Assembly: GCA_012862495.1 (NCBI GenBank)
Contig: BLSG01000103.1
Span: forward strand, 49,941 to 94,484
Length of the DNA stretch: 44,544 nucleotides
Reading direction: 5' to 3'
Origin: Thraustochytrium aureum
Taxonomy: Eukaryota
The notes below the pieces were generated by a model. The model was given only the letters and a program-made list of their open reading frames with translations. It searched no databases and was not told where the DNA came from. Position numbers and translations under genes: made by a program. Below, piece after piece: positions 36,001-44,544 of this stretch (positions within the stretch are counted from its first letter, which is position 1; each line of letters starts with the position of its first letter).

Positions 36001-36881
36001 TTGTGATTCACAGCCGCCATCTCGCCCCCAGCGAGGTTGAGGCAGTGGCGAGTCGCGTGGCGGCCAAGGCGGAGCGCCGTGTGCTGTGGTACCAGGCCGT
36101 CGAAGTTGCCAAGGAGCAAACTGTCATGGGAACGCTCCGCAGCGCTGGGTTTGTCCTCAAGGTCGTCAAGACCGCGGAAGAGGCCTTCGAGGTCCTCCGA
36201 AGCGGCCTTGCCGTTGACGCAGTCGTCTCCCAGCTGTGGCACCGCCAATACGAGGACGAGGAGGGCAACATCATCGTTCCCGGCTTTGAGGTTGGCGGCA
36301 AGAACATGCCTCCAGGCATTACCTTCCTCGAGAATGTGCGGCGGATTCGTCGCCACATTGCGGTGGCCCTGGACTTTTCGACGCCGCCTGCGGCGGCGAA
36401 GGAGTTCATCCTGGACGAAAAGGTGGAAGCTCGATTTGGCGGCGGCAAAAAGTACTACAAAGGAACTATCACCGCTGTGCACGAGCCAGCGAATGATGAC
36501 AAGGGGGACCCCGAGGCCGCTGGCGAGGACGAGAACGCGGCGCCTGCAACAGCGCCAGAGCCCAAGGGAGCGGGCGCCAAGGACGGTAAGGCCAAGGCCA
36601 AGACCAGGTCCAAGAGCGAGACGACCGGCAAGACGTACGACATCTTGTACGATGATGGCGATTCGGAGTCGCGGGTGAAGGCCAGTCTGATCCGGCAGCT
36701 CAACAGCAAGAAGTCGACGCGGAGCACCCCGTTCAAATTGAAAGACGAGCACCTCAAGTTGTTGCGGCGCCTGGCGGGCCAGCCCTGGAGCAAGCCCAAG
36801 CACCTCGAAGAATTGATTTGCTTCGCAGCTACTCGGCTGGGCAAGCCGGCGCCGCGCAAAGGCAGCGCAGCTGCCTCGTGA
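12067..36881 (+). CDS. Giant (~8,000 aa) DUF3638/DUF3645 SF2-helicase-like multidomain protein; start probably in or before the gap 11842-12066; broken only by N-gaps and apparent indel errors
   Basis: Consecutive + ORFs (12067-12482, 12509-12979, 12856-, 16026-22583, 22394-, 25801-, 27260-, 28326-, 31492-35304, 35163-36881) hand over at short indels with no intergenic sequence between them. Core motifs: KQMIMGAGKTT (Walker A), VVATPT, LLDEVD, RLKLAVPFVGKDVPSSSSEFAHPD (DUF3645), GFSGTP, ALIDTGAL, HTTGMDI, QGAFRMRG, EQEREQEQEQEKE. Stop TGA at 36879-36881. Confidence 0.8.
12970..13420 (+). other. Domain of giant protein: N-terminal LamG/concanavalin-like beta-sandwich
   Basis: YTITMDVKF...WTRIVVSV...GQVRTWID...LFLF...IRHVRV fits a LamG-type strand pattern and resembles the C-terminal copy. 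Confidence 0.55.
14790..15012 (+). other. Domain of giant protein: ubiquitin-like domain
   Basis: TVGELQARLGAACGVPASKQRLIYMGKLMNASKTLREYGV...VVHLAV matches the ubiquitin-fold consensus (QRLIF-GK-L-D-KTL-DY). There is no C-terminal GG. Confidence 0.88.
16024..16190 (+). other. Domain of giant protein: Tudor/Agenet-like domain 1
   Basis: GQRVRVRYSGEFGLWYNATVSRLNDDGSFFVVYEDGDTEDGV. Confidence 0.8.
20780..20945 (+). other. Domain of giant protein: Tudor/SH3-like domain 2
   Basis: LKRGDKVKYMGKRGHFVDVTILGRNADGTFDV...LEGVDGRDL. Confidence 0.55.
23090..23370 (+). other. Domain of giant protein: atypical thioredoxin-like domain (WKPVC)
   Basis: CFHVLWKPVCIKAMDAIKELASAFPSCAFLSVQAD...VESFPTFILFRGG. 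The cis-Pro FPTF motif is kept but the first Cys is lost. Confidence 0.75.
23698..25330 (+). other. Domain of giant protein: SPRY/B30.2-like domain interrupted by a WWE-like domain (~23798-24060) and an acidic loop
   Basis: WTWD...GMRV, then AIRGTVGFVPNSGVHRWTLQW, GVGLC, LALYADG, WGKGSRITCVLD..DGVLSFQVDG, LYPCASL. The WWE-like VWEWATQYGQAAWVKLPPDQNRELEAKY...LRR sits between the first and later strands. Confidence 0.6.
26120..26345 (+). other. Domain of giant protein: WWE-like domain 2
   Basis: IWMFQEEDMWLKYSVVMRRKLELARRGG...VRFKKL...TRVRR. Confidence 0.65.
27226..27560 (+). other. Domain of giant protein: thioredoxin with intact CxxC (WCQPC)
   Basis: EIEDEDHF...VVFFHASWCQPCKTLAP...FLKVDVDE...VERLPTIKLFRNG. 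Confidence 0.9.
28560..32640 (+). other. Domain of giant protein: DUF3638/DUF3645 P-loop SF2-like NTPase core
   Basis: FDPRFLLFEF...RSKQ (Q motif), MGAGKTT at ~28704, DEVD at 29250, DUF3645 AVPFVGKDVPS-SEFAHPD at ~31480, GFSGT at 32062, HTTGMD at 32467, QGAFRMR at 32554. Confidence 0.85.
34500..34690 (+). other. Domain of giant protein: EF-hand pair
   Basis: Canonical-type loops AFDADQNGLLSPAEW and ADKDRDGLIDYKDY. Confidence 0.85.
35130..35262 (+). other. Domain of giant protein: Cys/His zinc finger (C1/DC1- or ZZ-like)
   Basis: CPKGH...YSCSSC...ECANHMCNYRLCSRC. Confidence 0.7.
35315..36050 (+). other. Domain of giant protein: C-terminal LamG/concanavalin-like domain
   Basis: SFSLTVDLRLDRLP...VYIDEAG...VKPGAWNVVTVVADASAGRLATYVDG...GAVRRVVIHSRHLAPSEV, a typical LamG C-terminal pattern. 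Confidence 0.7.
36070..36830 (+). other. Domain of giant protein: receiver-like domain with Tudor domain 3 (~36405-36700) inserted
   Basis: RRVLWY...LRSAGFVLKVVKTAEEAFEVL..DAVVSQL...GITFLENVRR, then FILDEKVEARFGGGKKYYKGTITAVH...TYDILYDDGDSESRV. Confidence 0.6.
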
Positions 36882-37858
36882 AGCGGACAAGAGATGACTT
36901 TCTTGCAATTTTGATGTCCAGAGAAAAAACAATACACAGAGCACTTCTCACCCGAGTCCACTTGGCGTTCGAATTTGGTCCTGAAGGAGCGCGCGTCGAG
37001 CGCAAGGCAAGCATGCCGCCGTGCCACAAGCCTACTCTACCTGCGCTCCGCGATCCGCCAAGCCCGCGCGTTCTTCTCGTTGTTNNNNNNNNNNNNNNNN
37101 NNNNNNNNNNNNNNNNNNNNNNNNNNNNNNNNNNNNNNNNNNNNNNNNNNNNNNNNNNNNNNNNNNNNNNNNNNNNNNNNNNNNNNNNNNNNNNNNNNNN
37201 NNNNNNNNNNNNNNNNNNNNNNNNNNNNNNNNNNNNNNNNNNNNNNNNNNNNNNNNNNNNNNNNNNNNNNNNNNNNNNNNNNNNNNNNNNNNNNNNNNNN
37301 NNNNNNNNNNNNNNNNNNNNNNNNNNNNNNNNNNNNNNNNNNNNNNNNNNNNNNNNNNNNNNNNNNNNNNNNNNNNNNNNNNNNNNNNNNNNNNNNNNNN
37401 NNNNNNNNNNNNNNNNNNNNNNNNNNNNNNNNNNNNNNNNNNNNNNNNNNNNNNNNNNNNNNNNNNNNNNNNNNNNNNNNNNNNNNNNNNNNNNNNNNNN
37501 NNNNNNNNNNNNNNNNNNNNNNNNNNNNNNNNNNNNNNNNNNNNNNNNNNNNNNNNNNNNNNNNNNNNNNNNNNNNNNNNNNNNNNNNNNNNNNNNNNNN
37601 NNNNNNNNNNNNNNNNNNNNNNNNNNNNNNNNNNNNNNNNNNNNNNNNNNNNNNNNNNNNNNNNNNNNNNNNNNNNNNNNNNNNNNNNNNNNNNNNNNNN
37701 NNNNNNNNNNNNNNNNNNNNNNNNNNNNNNNNNNNNNNNNNNNNNNNNNNNNNNNNNNNNNNNNNNNNNNNNNNNNNNNNNNNNNNNNNNNNNNNNNNNN
37801 NNNNNNNNNNNNNNNNNNNNNNNNNNNNNNNNNNNNNNNNNNNNNNNNNNNNNNNNNN

Positions 37859-38376
37859 TATGGCAGCGGTCAGCCGCTTCGCGGTGCCCGGCTGGACCAT
37901 GTTACGGATGCGAGGTCCCAGGTCTGCGAGAGCATGACGACGGCCCCGCTTGAGCATATCACGAACGAGTTGCATCCAATCAGGGCAGCTGTCTTCTTGA
38001 TCGCCATCGCGGGGTGCCCAGTTGCGAGCACTACGGCCCCGCCGCGGGCGGCGAACCGCCGGATCGCGCGAAGCGACCGCTCCGAGACCTCTCCAGACTC
38101 GTTGAACAGCGTCCCGTCGCAGTCAATCGCGAGCACAAGCGGTCCGTTCGCCGTGTCCGCCAGGTCCACCTGGGCCAGCCCGCCGTCTTCGGCAGCAGCA
38201 AGCAGAGCCTTGGCGTCCCCAGTCGCAGCTTTCCGCGCCTGTCCGCTCGCAGCGCCAAACCCGAGTACCCTGCGCATTACCGACACCGCCACGATGTCCA
38301 TCACCACGGCCGAGAACAGCAGTCCGCGCCAGCGACCATCGCGAACGAGGTCCGACAGCCGCTCCACCACGGCCAT
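37859..38376 (-). CDS. Cof-type HAD-superfamily hydrolase (subfamily IIB), 5' part; the remainder lies in gap 37085-37858
   Basis: LVLAIDCDGTLFNESGEVSERSLRAIRR...VVLATGHP...FVICSSGAVV gives HAD motifs I and II. The likely start is MAVVERL at 38376. A probable indel near 37905 continues the frame as NMVQPGTAKRLTAAI into the gap. Confidence 0.8.
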
Positions 38377-38599
38377 CGCGCCCCCGCAACCAACCAGCCC
38401 CCGAGCAAGAGACAGCAAAACAACCAACGACGCCAGACCAGCAAGCGAGCGCAGCAATGGCCCGAGCGCGCAGCACAGCACAGCGTCCCGCAAAGCGCGC
38501 GCCCGCCGCCCCTTTCGTCCTCCCGTCCGCAGCTCGGCTTCCTGGCTCGCTTCGTGTTCTGCTTGTCCCAAACGCACACACCATGATCGGACTGGAGCA

Positions 38600-38690
38600 C
38601 CCTAACTAACCCTAGTCAACCCTAGGCTAACCTAGCCTAACCTCTAGAGGCGGACCTAACCTCTAGAGGCTAACCTAACCTAGGCTAGCT
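38600..38690. repeat. Degenerate telomere-like (CCTAA/CCCTAG) repeat patch
   Basis: ccctaactaaccctagtcaaccctaggctaacctagcctaacctctagagg...acctaacctctagaggctaacctaacctaggctag, including a duplicated palindrome cctctagagg. Confidence 0.7.
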
Positions 38691-38824
38691 ACAAGCTCAA
38701 GAGGGAGGAGAGCATTCGCACGCGGTCCAGTTGCTGGGTCGGGCCGCGATTCACCAGACCAGGCCCAGCAGAGAGGCTGCTGTCGCGTTTCTGATCAGTT
38801 CAGCTGCGACGGCGGCGGCGGCTG

Positions 38825-39661
38825 ATGGCAGGGACTCGAGCTTTCCCCCTTCCAATAAATTCAGATCGTAACNNNNNNNNNNNNNNNNNNNNNNNNNNNN
38901 NNNNNNNNNNNNNNNNNNNNNNNNNNNNNNNNNNNNNNNNNNNNNNNNNNNNNNNNNNNNNNNNNNNNNNNNNNNNNNNNNNNNNNNNNNNNNNNNNNNN
39001 NNNNNNNNNNNNNNNNNNNNNNNNNNNNNNNNNNNNNNNNNNNNNNNNNNNNNNNNNNNNNNNNNNNNNNNNNNNNNNNNNNNNNNNNNNNNNNNNNNNN
39101 NNNNNNNNNNNNNNNNNNNNNNNNNNNNNNNNNNNNNNNNNNNNNNNNNNNNNNNNNNNNNNNNNNNNNNNNNNNNNNNNNNNNNNNNNNNNNNNNNNNN
39201 NNNNNNNNNNNNNNNNNNNNNNNNNNNNNNNNNNNNNNNNNNNNNNNNNNNNNNNNNNNNNNNNNNNNNNNNNNNNNNNNNNNNNNNNNNNNNNNNNNNN
39301 NNNNNNNNNNNNNNNNNNNNNNNNNNNNNNNNNNNNNNNNNNNNNNNNNNNNNNNNNNNNNNNNNNNNNNNNNNNNNNNNNNNNNNNNNNNNNNNNNNNN
39401 NNNNNNNNNNNNNNNNNNNNNNNNNNNNNNNNNNNNNNNNNNNNNNNNNNNNNNNNNNNNNNNNNNNNNNNNNNNNNNNNNNNNNNNNNNNNNNNNNNNN
39501 NNNNNNNNNNNNNNNNNNNNNNNNNNNNNNNNNNNNNNNNNNNNNNNNNNNNNNNNNNNNNNNNNNNNNNCGCCCACCCGGCCGAACGAGCAGAAAGCGG
39601 CGACGAGCCCGAGTTTTTTATGTCGTTACGCGAGTTCCGCCGTCGCCTGCTGCAAGACTAG
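38825..39661 (+). CDS. Possible small gene mostly hidden in gap 38873-39570
   Basis: An ATG at 38825 precedes the gap and a protein-like terminus (AERAESGDEPEFFMSLREFRRRLLQD*) follows it. No family was recognised. Confidence 0.25.
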   Translation: MAGTRAFPLPINSDRNXXXXXXXXXXXXXXXXXXXXXXXXXXXXXXXXXXXXXXXXXXXXXXXXXXXXXXXXXXXXXXXXXXXXXXXXXXXXXXXXXXXXXXXXXXXXXXXXXXXXXXXXXXXXXXXXXXXXXXXXXXXXXXXXXXXXXXXXXXXXXXXXXXXXXXXXXXXXXXXXXXXXXXXXXXXXXXXXXXXXXXXXXXXXXXXXXXXXXXXXXXXXXXXXXXXXXXXXXXXXXXXXXXXXXXXXXAHPAERAESGDEPEFFMSLREFRRRLLQD

Positions 39662-39760
39662 CTCGTCGCCTGACCTGCTTGCCTGTGTAGGCGAGAGCGT
39701 GACGGAAGAAATCGCGCAGGTTTTCGCAAGGCCAGACGCAGTGTAAAAAGTTGTCATATC

Positions 39761-42700
39761 CTATTGTTGTAGGCTTCCCTGGTGCAGTTGTTGGTGCTTC
39801 AGCTGGGCCATGCGACCGATGGGATGGCTAACAATTGGCAGCGCTAGCCTCCCCAGCTTGCACAGATATCTTGCGCAACACCAGGCGCACGGCGCAAGCC
39901 CGCTTGTATGCGGCATCTGGATCGTTCTCCTCGAGCGCGCCCCCCGCGAAGGCGGGTGCTCGTTCCCGACGAGCTGGAAGCGGTGCAATGTCGAGGCGTC
40001 AAACACATGAGCCATCAGAATCGCTAGTGCGCCCAGGAATCCCAAAAAATCGAGCTTGTAAAACGAGGCAAGCATCGGCTCATCCTGTGCGACCAGGCCT
40101 GCTGCGCAGCTGAAAATCAGGGCCACCTGTCGAGGGACGATCCGAGGTGCGTCGAATTCGGCGTCCATATCATCGCCCGGCACGCGCGCGGACCCGGCCG
40201 ACACGGGCCGGCGCCGCGGTCGACGGTGTGCAGCGATTGCGTTGCTGCGCCGTTTTGCGCCGAGCACGTGACCATTGTCCAAGACCAGCCCGCAGGCGGC
40301 CAAGAGGTCGTAAAACTCGCCAAAGGACATCCACGCCGGCTCGAGAGGCGAACTGTGCCGTCCGGAAAACCGCCCATACGTACGCAGCAACATCGGCAGG
40401 TTGCGAGAAGCGTACATGTGGCCCACGGGGGCAAGCACCTCGTTCATCGCGCAGGCCTCGAACGCAAAGTATCTGGCGCCTGGAAGAACATGCTCTTCGA
40501 GGAGGCGTTCAAGCGCCGCGCTCTCGCGCGGCTCTTGCTCGGCAAACCGTGCAACAGCAAGCCGCACAAGGGTTTCAAAAAAGCGGGCGCGGACAAGGCC
40601 GTCCCTGGCGCAGCTTGACTTGCCCGAGCTTAGCAAAGCGCTTTGCTCTGCGCTGGTGTCCTCTGCGTTTGGGATCCGCCCAGTTCCGCCCTTTGGCGCT
40701 TGCGTTTGGCATCGACGCAGCTGCGCCTTGACGCTTTGCTCAAAAATCTCCTGCTGCTGCGCGGCTACACACAAGCCTGACGAGCTCGCGACGGAGATGT
40801 CCTCACAAAGCTTGAGAAAGGCGTCCAAGCCGACGACAAAGCCCGAACGCGGGTCCGAGAAGGTCGAGCTCTGTGTGGCGTAGAAGCGATGAATACTTGT
40901 CAGACGTTGGTAGTGCTTGTTCAGCAACGCCTTCGTGCTCAGTTGCTCGGACCGTGCAGAGACTATACTGCTGATTTCGCACGCCTCCCAGTCTTGCTCG
41001 AATACTCCGCTCGTGTGTGCGGGGTCGAGCTGCGACGTCAGGGTTGCAAAAAGTGGCAGCGTCGAGAGCTCGTCGTAAGCGATCGCCAGGGACGTCGCGC
41101 CCAAAGCCGCGGAGGGCGGCGGGCTGGCGCTGGTCGATGCCGGTGCCAGCGTTTGGGCCTGCGTCGGTCCCGGCCGTAGCGTGCGCGGGCGCACATCGGC
41201 GCAAAACGCCGCCATCGTGCGGCTATTTCGCACATAGTACGGATCAAAATCTGGGAGCTCCTTCACGACACAGATTGAATTCTGCGCGAGCGCAATGTCC
41301 GCGGCAGTCTCAATGCCGGACTCTCGACGGAGCGCCCAAGCAGACGAGGTCGACAGGAAGGACTCTGATCGAGCCCCTTCCTCTCCTCGCACAGGTGATG
41401 CCGAGTCCCGTCCAGGCTGCTTTGCCGCAATCTGACGCGGCACGACAAGCGCGACGTTTATCGTTGCGTACTCGACCGGGTCCTCCCCAACACAAACGTG
41501 TGAGGCGGACTGGGCCGCAACAGGCTCAGCCCCGGCACCGTCTGTCTCCCCAGCCAATTCGTCGTTGAGCAGAACCAGATCGTTTGGCGGGTCTGCGTAT
41601 TCTCTGGCGTGCACGCGACGCCATGGCACCTGCAGCTCTACATCGCTCAACCTGGAGCGGCCATTGACTGTGAAGTAGAACGCCACCTCGCCTGGCGGGC
41701 AAACGCGTTGCACGGCGAACTCGCTCATCACCGCTGCAGCTGCACCGACTTGGCTCGAGCGCGCCACGACCTTGGCCACCTTTGCAGCGACAGCGGGCTC
41801 TTTTGCGAGTTCCCGCGTCAGGACCATCGGCGTCCCGCTCCAGGAAGGCGTGTCAAAGCTCGTGTGGAGGAAGACGCGCGCCGTCGGCGGTGCGCAAATC
41901 GAAAAGGTGCGTGCTGTCCAGCCGGCGCAGACCCAGCAGCACATTGCCGGCGTCCAGCTCGCGCTATTGCCTTGTTGGTGACGTCGATAGGCGAGTGCTC
42001 GAGCGCCGAATGAGTGCGCTGCATTCGTCGTTCGGGTCGCTGCCGTTCGACTCGCTAAAGGCACTCTGCGGGCAGATGCGCCCNNNNNNNNNNNNNNNNN
42101 NNNNNNNNNNNNNNNNNNNNNNNNNNNNNNNNNNNNNNNNNNNNNNNNNNNNNNNNNNNNNNNNNNNNNNNNNNNNNNNNNNNNNNNNNNNNNNNNNNNN
42201 NNNNNNNNNNNNNNNNNNNNNNNNNNNNNNNNNNNNNNNNNNNNNNNNNNNNNNNNNNNNNNNNNNNNNNNNNNNNNNNNNNNNNNNNNNNNGGGCAGAT
42301 GCGCCCGACGGCGTCGACAGTCGCCGCGTTGCCGGCCATGTGGATTCCGAGCAAGTTGGTGTTGGCTTCGAGCGCCTTTGCGAGCGCCGCGCAGGCTGCC
42401 TCGTTCAAGAGGTTGTGGCTCAGGTTGAGATGTGTCAAGCTGCAGCCCAGGCCCGCGGAGCCAGTGACGCTGCTGCGATCCGTCGCCCAGTCCGGGCTCT
42501 GCTGTTGCGTAGCGCCCACTTCGCGGCGCAACCGCGCTGCGCTCGCGGCCGCGTTTGGGGACTTGGCACGGAGCTCGAGCGCATCGGTTCTACCTTGTAG
42601 CCAGGCGCACAGCGCGCGCATGCAATCTGGCTGCGTTGGGCTGGAGCCTTTTTTCCCTGACGCCGAGGGTGCTGGCCCCCGGGCGCCGGCTTTGGGGCCC

Positions 42701-44417
42701 TGCAGTACAGATTTCCCGAGCGCGTTGTTGCTCATGTCAAGTGACACGAGTTGGCTGCTCTCGTTGCTGAGCAAAGCACGGCAGATTGCAGCAGCCCCAG
42801 CGGCTGTTATGCCGGTCCAGGCGAGATCGAGGTAGTTGAGCGCGGTGTTGTCTGCCAAGAAGCCTGCGAGGGCGAATGCGCCTGCGTGGCCCAAAGGGTT
42901 GTACGACAGGCTTAGTCGGCGCAGTGTATGGTTGTTTCGGAGCGGAGCGACGAGGCGCGCCGCGCAGCTTGCGTCCAGCCGGTTCCGGCACAGCCTGAGT
43001 TCTTCCATGGGACACGGCTCTCTGGCGAGGAGCAGGTCTGCTATGGCTGCTGCGGTTTGCCCGCCCAGCCGGTTCTCGCTCATGTCGAGGACGCAGCCTT
43101 GGCGCTCGGCAAATGGCAGCTTGCTTACGATCGCCGCGCCGCCGCGGTCCGATAGACGGTTGCCACCAATCAGGAGCTTGCGAAGCGGGAGCGACACAAA
43201 CGCCTCTGACGCGGTCTCTGAGAGCTTGACGTCTCCGAGTCCCAGCGAGGACAAGTCTATTGCTCCGTCCTTGAGGTCGCGCTCGTTGCGGAACACAACG
43301 ATCGGCTCGGGGTAGACGCCCGCACGTCTGCTTTCGCTCAAATACGCGGCTACAGCCGCTTTGTGGCTGGCAGGCGCTCCTACGGCGCAGTTTGGTTGCG
43401 CAGAGCAACGACTGGGGTCCTCTTCTTTGGCCTCCTCCTCGTCCGCGAATCCTGCGCGGACCTCCGTGATATTCGTTGCGCTGTCTTTGGTGTGGCAATT
43501 GTGCGGAATGGGCGTCTCGTGATCCCGTTTTAGGGCTGCTACACGCATTGAATCAAAAAACAGCTCGCGCCTGGGCGAAGCTGAATCGAGCTGCTCTTCA
43601 AAACGAGCCAAAGGTGTTGGGAGTTGGAGCATGTCCTGGCCGCCCCACACATCGTCAGAGTCCACCGGAAGGCTTGGTTTCGCGGTGCGATGGCAGCTTT
43701 CATGTGCTCGCGTTTCCACGCACGGGCTTTCACCGTCAAAATGCCGCAAGCTGCCGGTTGGGGATGCTTGCTGCCGAATACGAAACGCAGCCGTCTCTGG
43801 TGACGTCCCTAGGGCCGTTTCCCACTCCAGTTCGACTGCAGGCTCCTCCAACGCGGTGTCGCCCCGAGCATCGAGCCACTTGTCCAGCGCGCTGCTGCAA
43901 CTATCCTCGAGGGCGCGCATCGTTTTGCCTCTGCGCGAGGCGGCCGCACTTTTGCGATGCCTTCGGTCAGTACGTCTTGGTGGCGTGGGTTCGAGCTGGT
44001 CGTTCCCAGGGCATAGACCAGCGCGTGCCTGGCCCCTCGCCGTCCCTGCCCTCGTCGCCAGGAATGCAGTTTCGGCCTTGCTTAACGTTGCTGTGTCCCT
44101 GGCTCGCAAAACATCATAGTAGACGTCTTCGAGCGTGATACTCTCGCCGCAAGGAACGCGAGGTTCATGCGCGGCGTTGGTCGCGTTCTCACTGGGCGCA
44201 AGACGTAGTTTGTCGTACGGTGAATAGCCTGGTTGCTTCTCGTCGGCCCTGTCACACGCGGCCTCCTCGGCATGGTCAGCCCAGCGCCGCGACGAGCACG
44301 TGGCTCCGATTGGCGCAAACGGCCAGCCAAGACAGCGCCATGCCGCGAAACTTACATCAACATAGCCGCCTGGCCAATCACCGCTGGAAGGCCAACTGCC
44401 CTTTTCGCCGCAGCCAT
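39761..44417 (-). CDS. Ribonuclease-inhibitor-type LRR protein (LRRC74/NLRC3-like repeats) with a CW-x-C-x-GW motif and helical/EF-like C-terminus
   Basis: Exon 1 is 44417-44356 (aagATGgct, MAAAKRAVGLP...). The intron 44355-44249 reads GTAAGT...GCTGAC...CAG. LRRs include LDMSENRLG, LRRLSLSYNPLG, LNYLDLAWTGIT, LDMSNNALG, LTHLNLSHNLL and LLGIHMAGN. Coding continues across gap 42084-42292 into the 39761..42064 frame (CCWVCAGW...LVRARFFETLVRLA...MSFGEF). The true stop may be 39828 if there is a further indel near 39945. Confidence 0.75.
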
Positions 44418-44544
44418 CTTGCCTCTCTCCTCGGCTTGGTTTCGTGCAGCCTCCCGTGTTGCCAGGCTCGCCGCTGACTTCAGAGGCACCCGTGGTGCCT
44501 CGCCGTGGGGATACTGTCAAGCTCGCAAGCGTCGAGGCAATCGC

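Noticed and set aside
12430..36944. Many long minus-strand ORFs (e.g. 13792..15837, 30141..31823, 33565..34911, 35733..36944)
   Set aside because: They are antisense shadows caused by the GC3 codon bias of the giant + strand gene and carry no motifs.

Overview
GC-rich eukaryotic (protist-like) genomic DNA from a gapped draft assembly. It has 12 N-runs and many single-base indels, mostly in homopolymers, typical of 454/Newbler-type data. Short GT-AG introns with CTAAC/CTGAC branch points, largely intron-poor genes and TTAGG-like repeats would fit a stramenopile such as a thraustochytrid; this is an inference and was not verified. From left to right the window holds: a secreted protein missed by the ORF track (minus strand, runs off the left edge); a 5-exon RDH/WWOX-like SDR; a YqaJ/lambda-exonuclease-like PD-(D/E)xK nuclease; a small ankyrin protein whose 3' end is tandemly duplicated; and an intronless SDR paralog. 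These are followed by one apparently continuous ~24.8 kb reading frame (~8,000 aa). It encodes a DUF3638/DUF3645 SF2-helicase-like giant protein decorated with 2 LamG-like, 1 ubiquitin-like, 3 Tudor-like, 2 thioredoxin, 2 WWE, 1 SPRY, 2 receiver-like, EF-hand, Zn-finger and WG-rich modules, several nested inside one another. The window ends with a Cof-type HAD hydrolase, a degenerate telomere-like repeat and an RI-type LRR protein. All domain calls come from reading motifs by eye; no searches were run.
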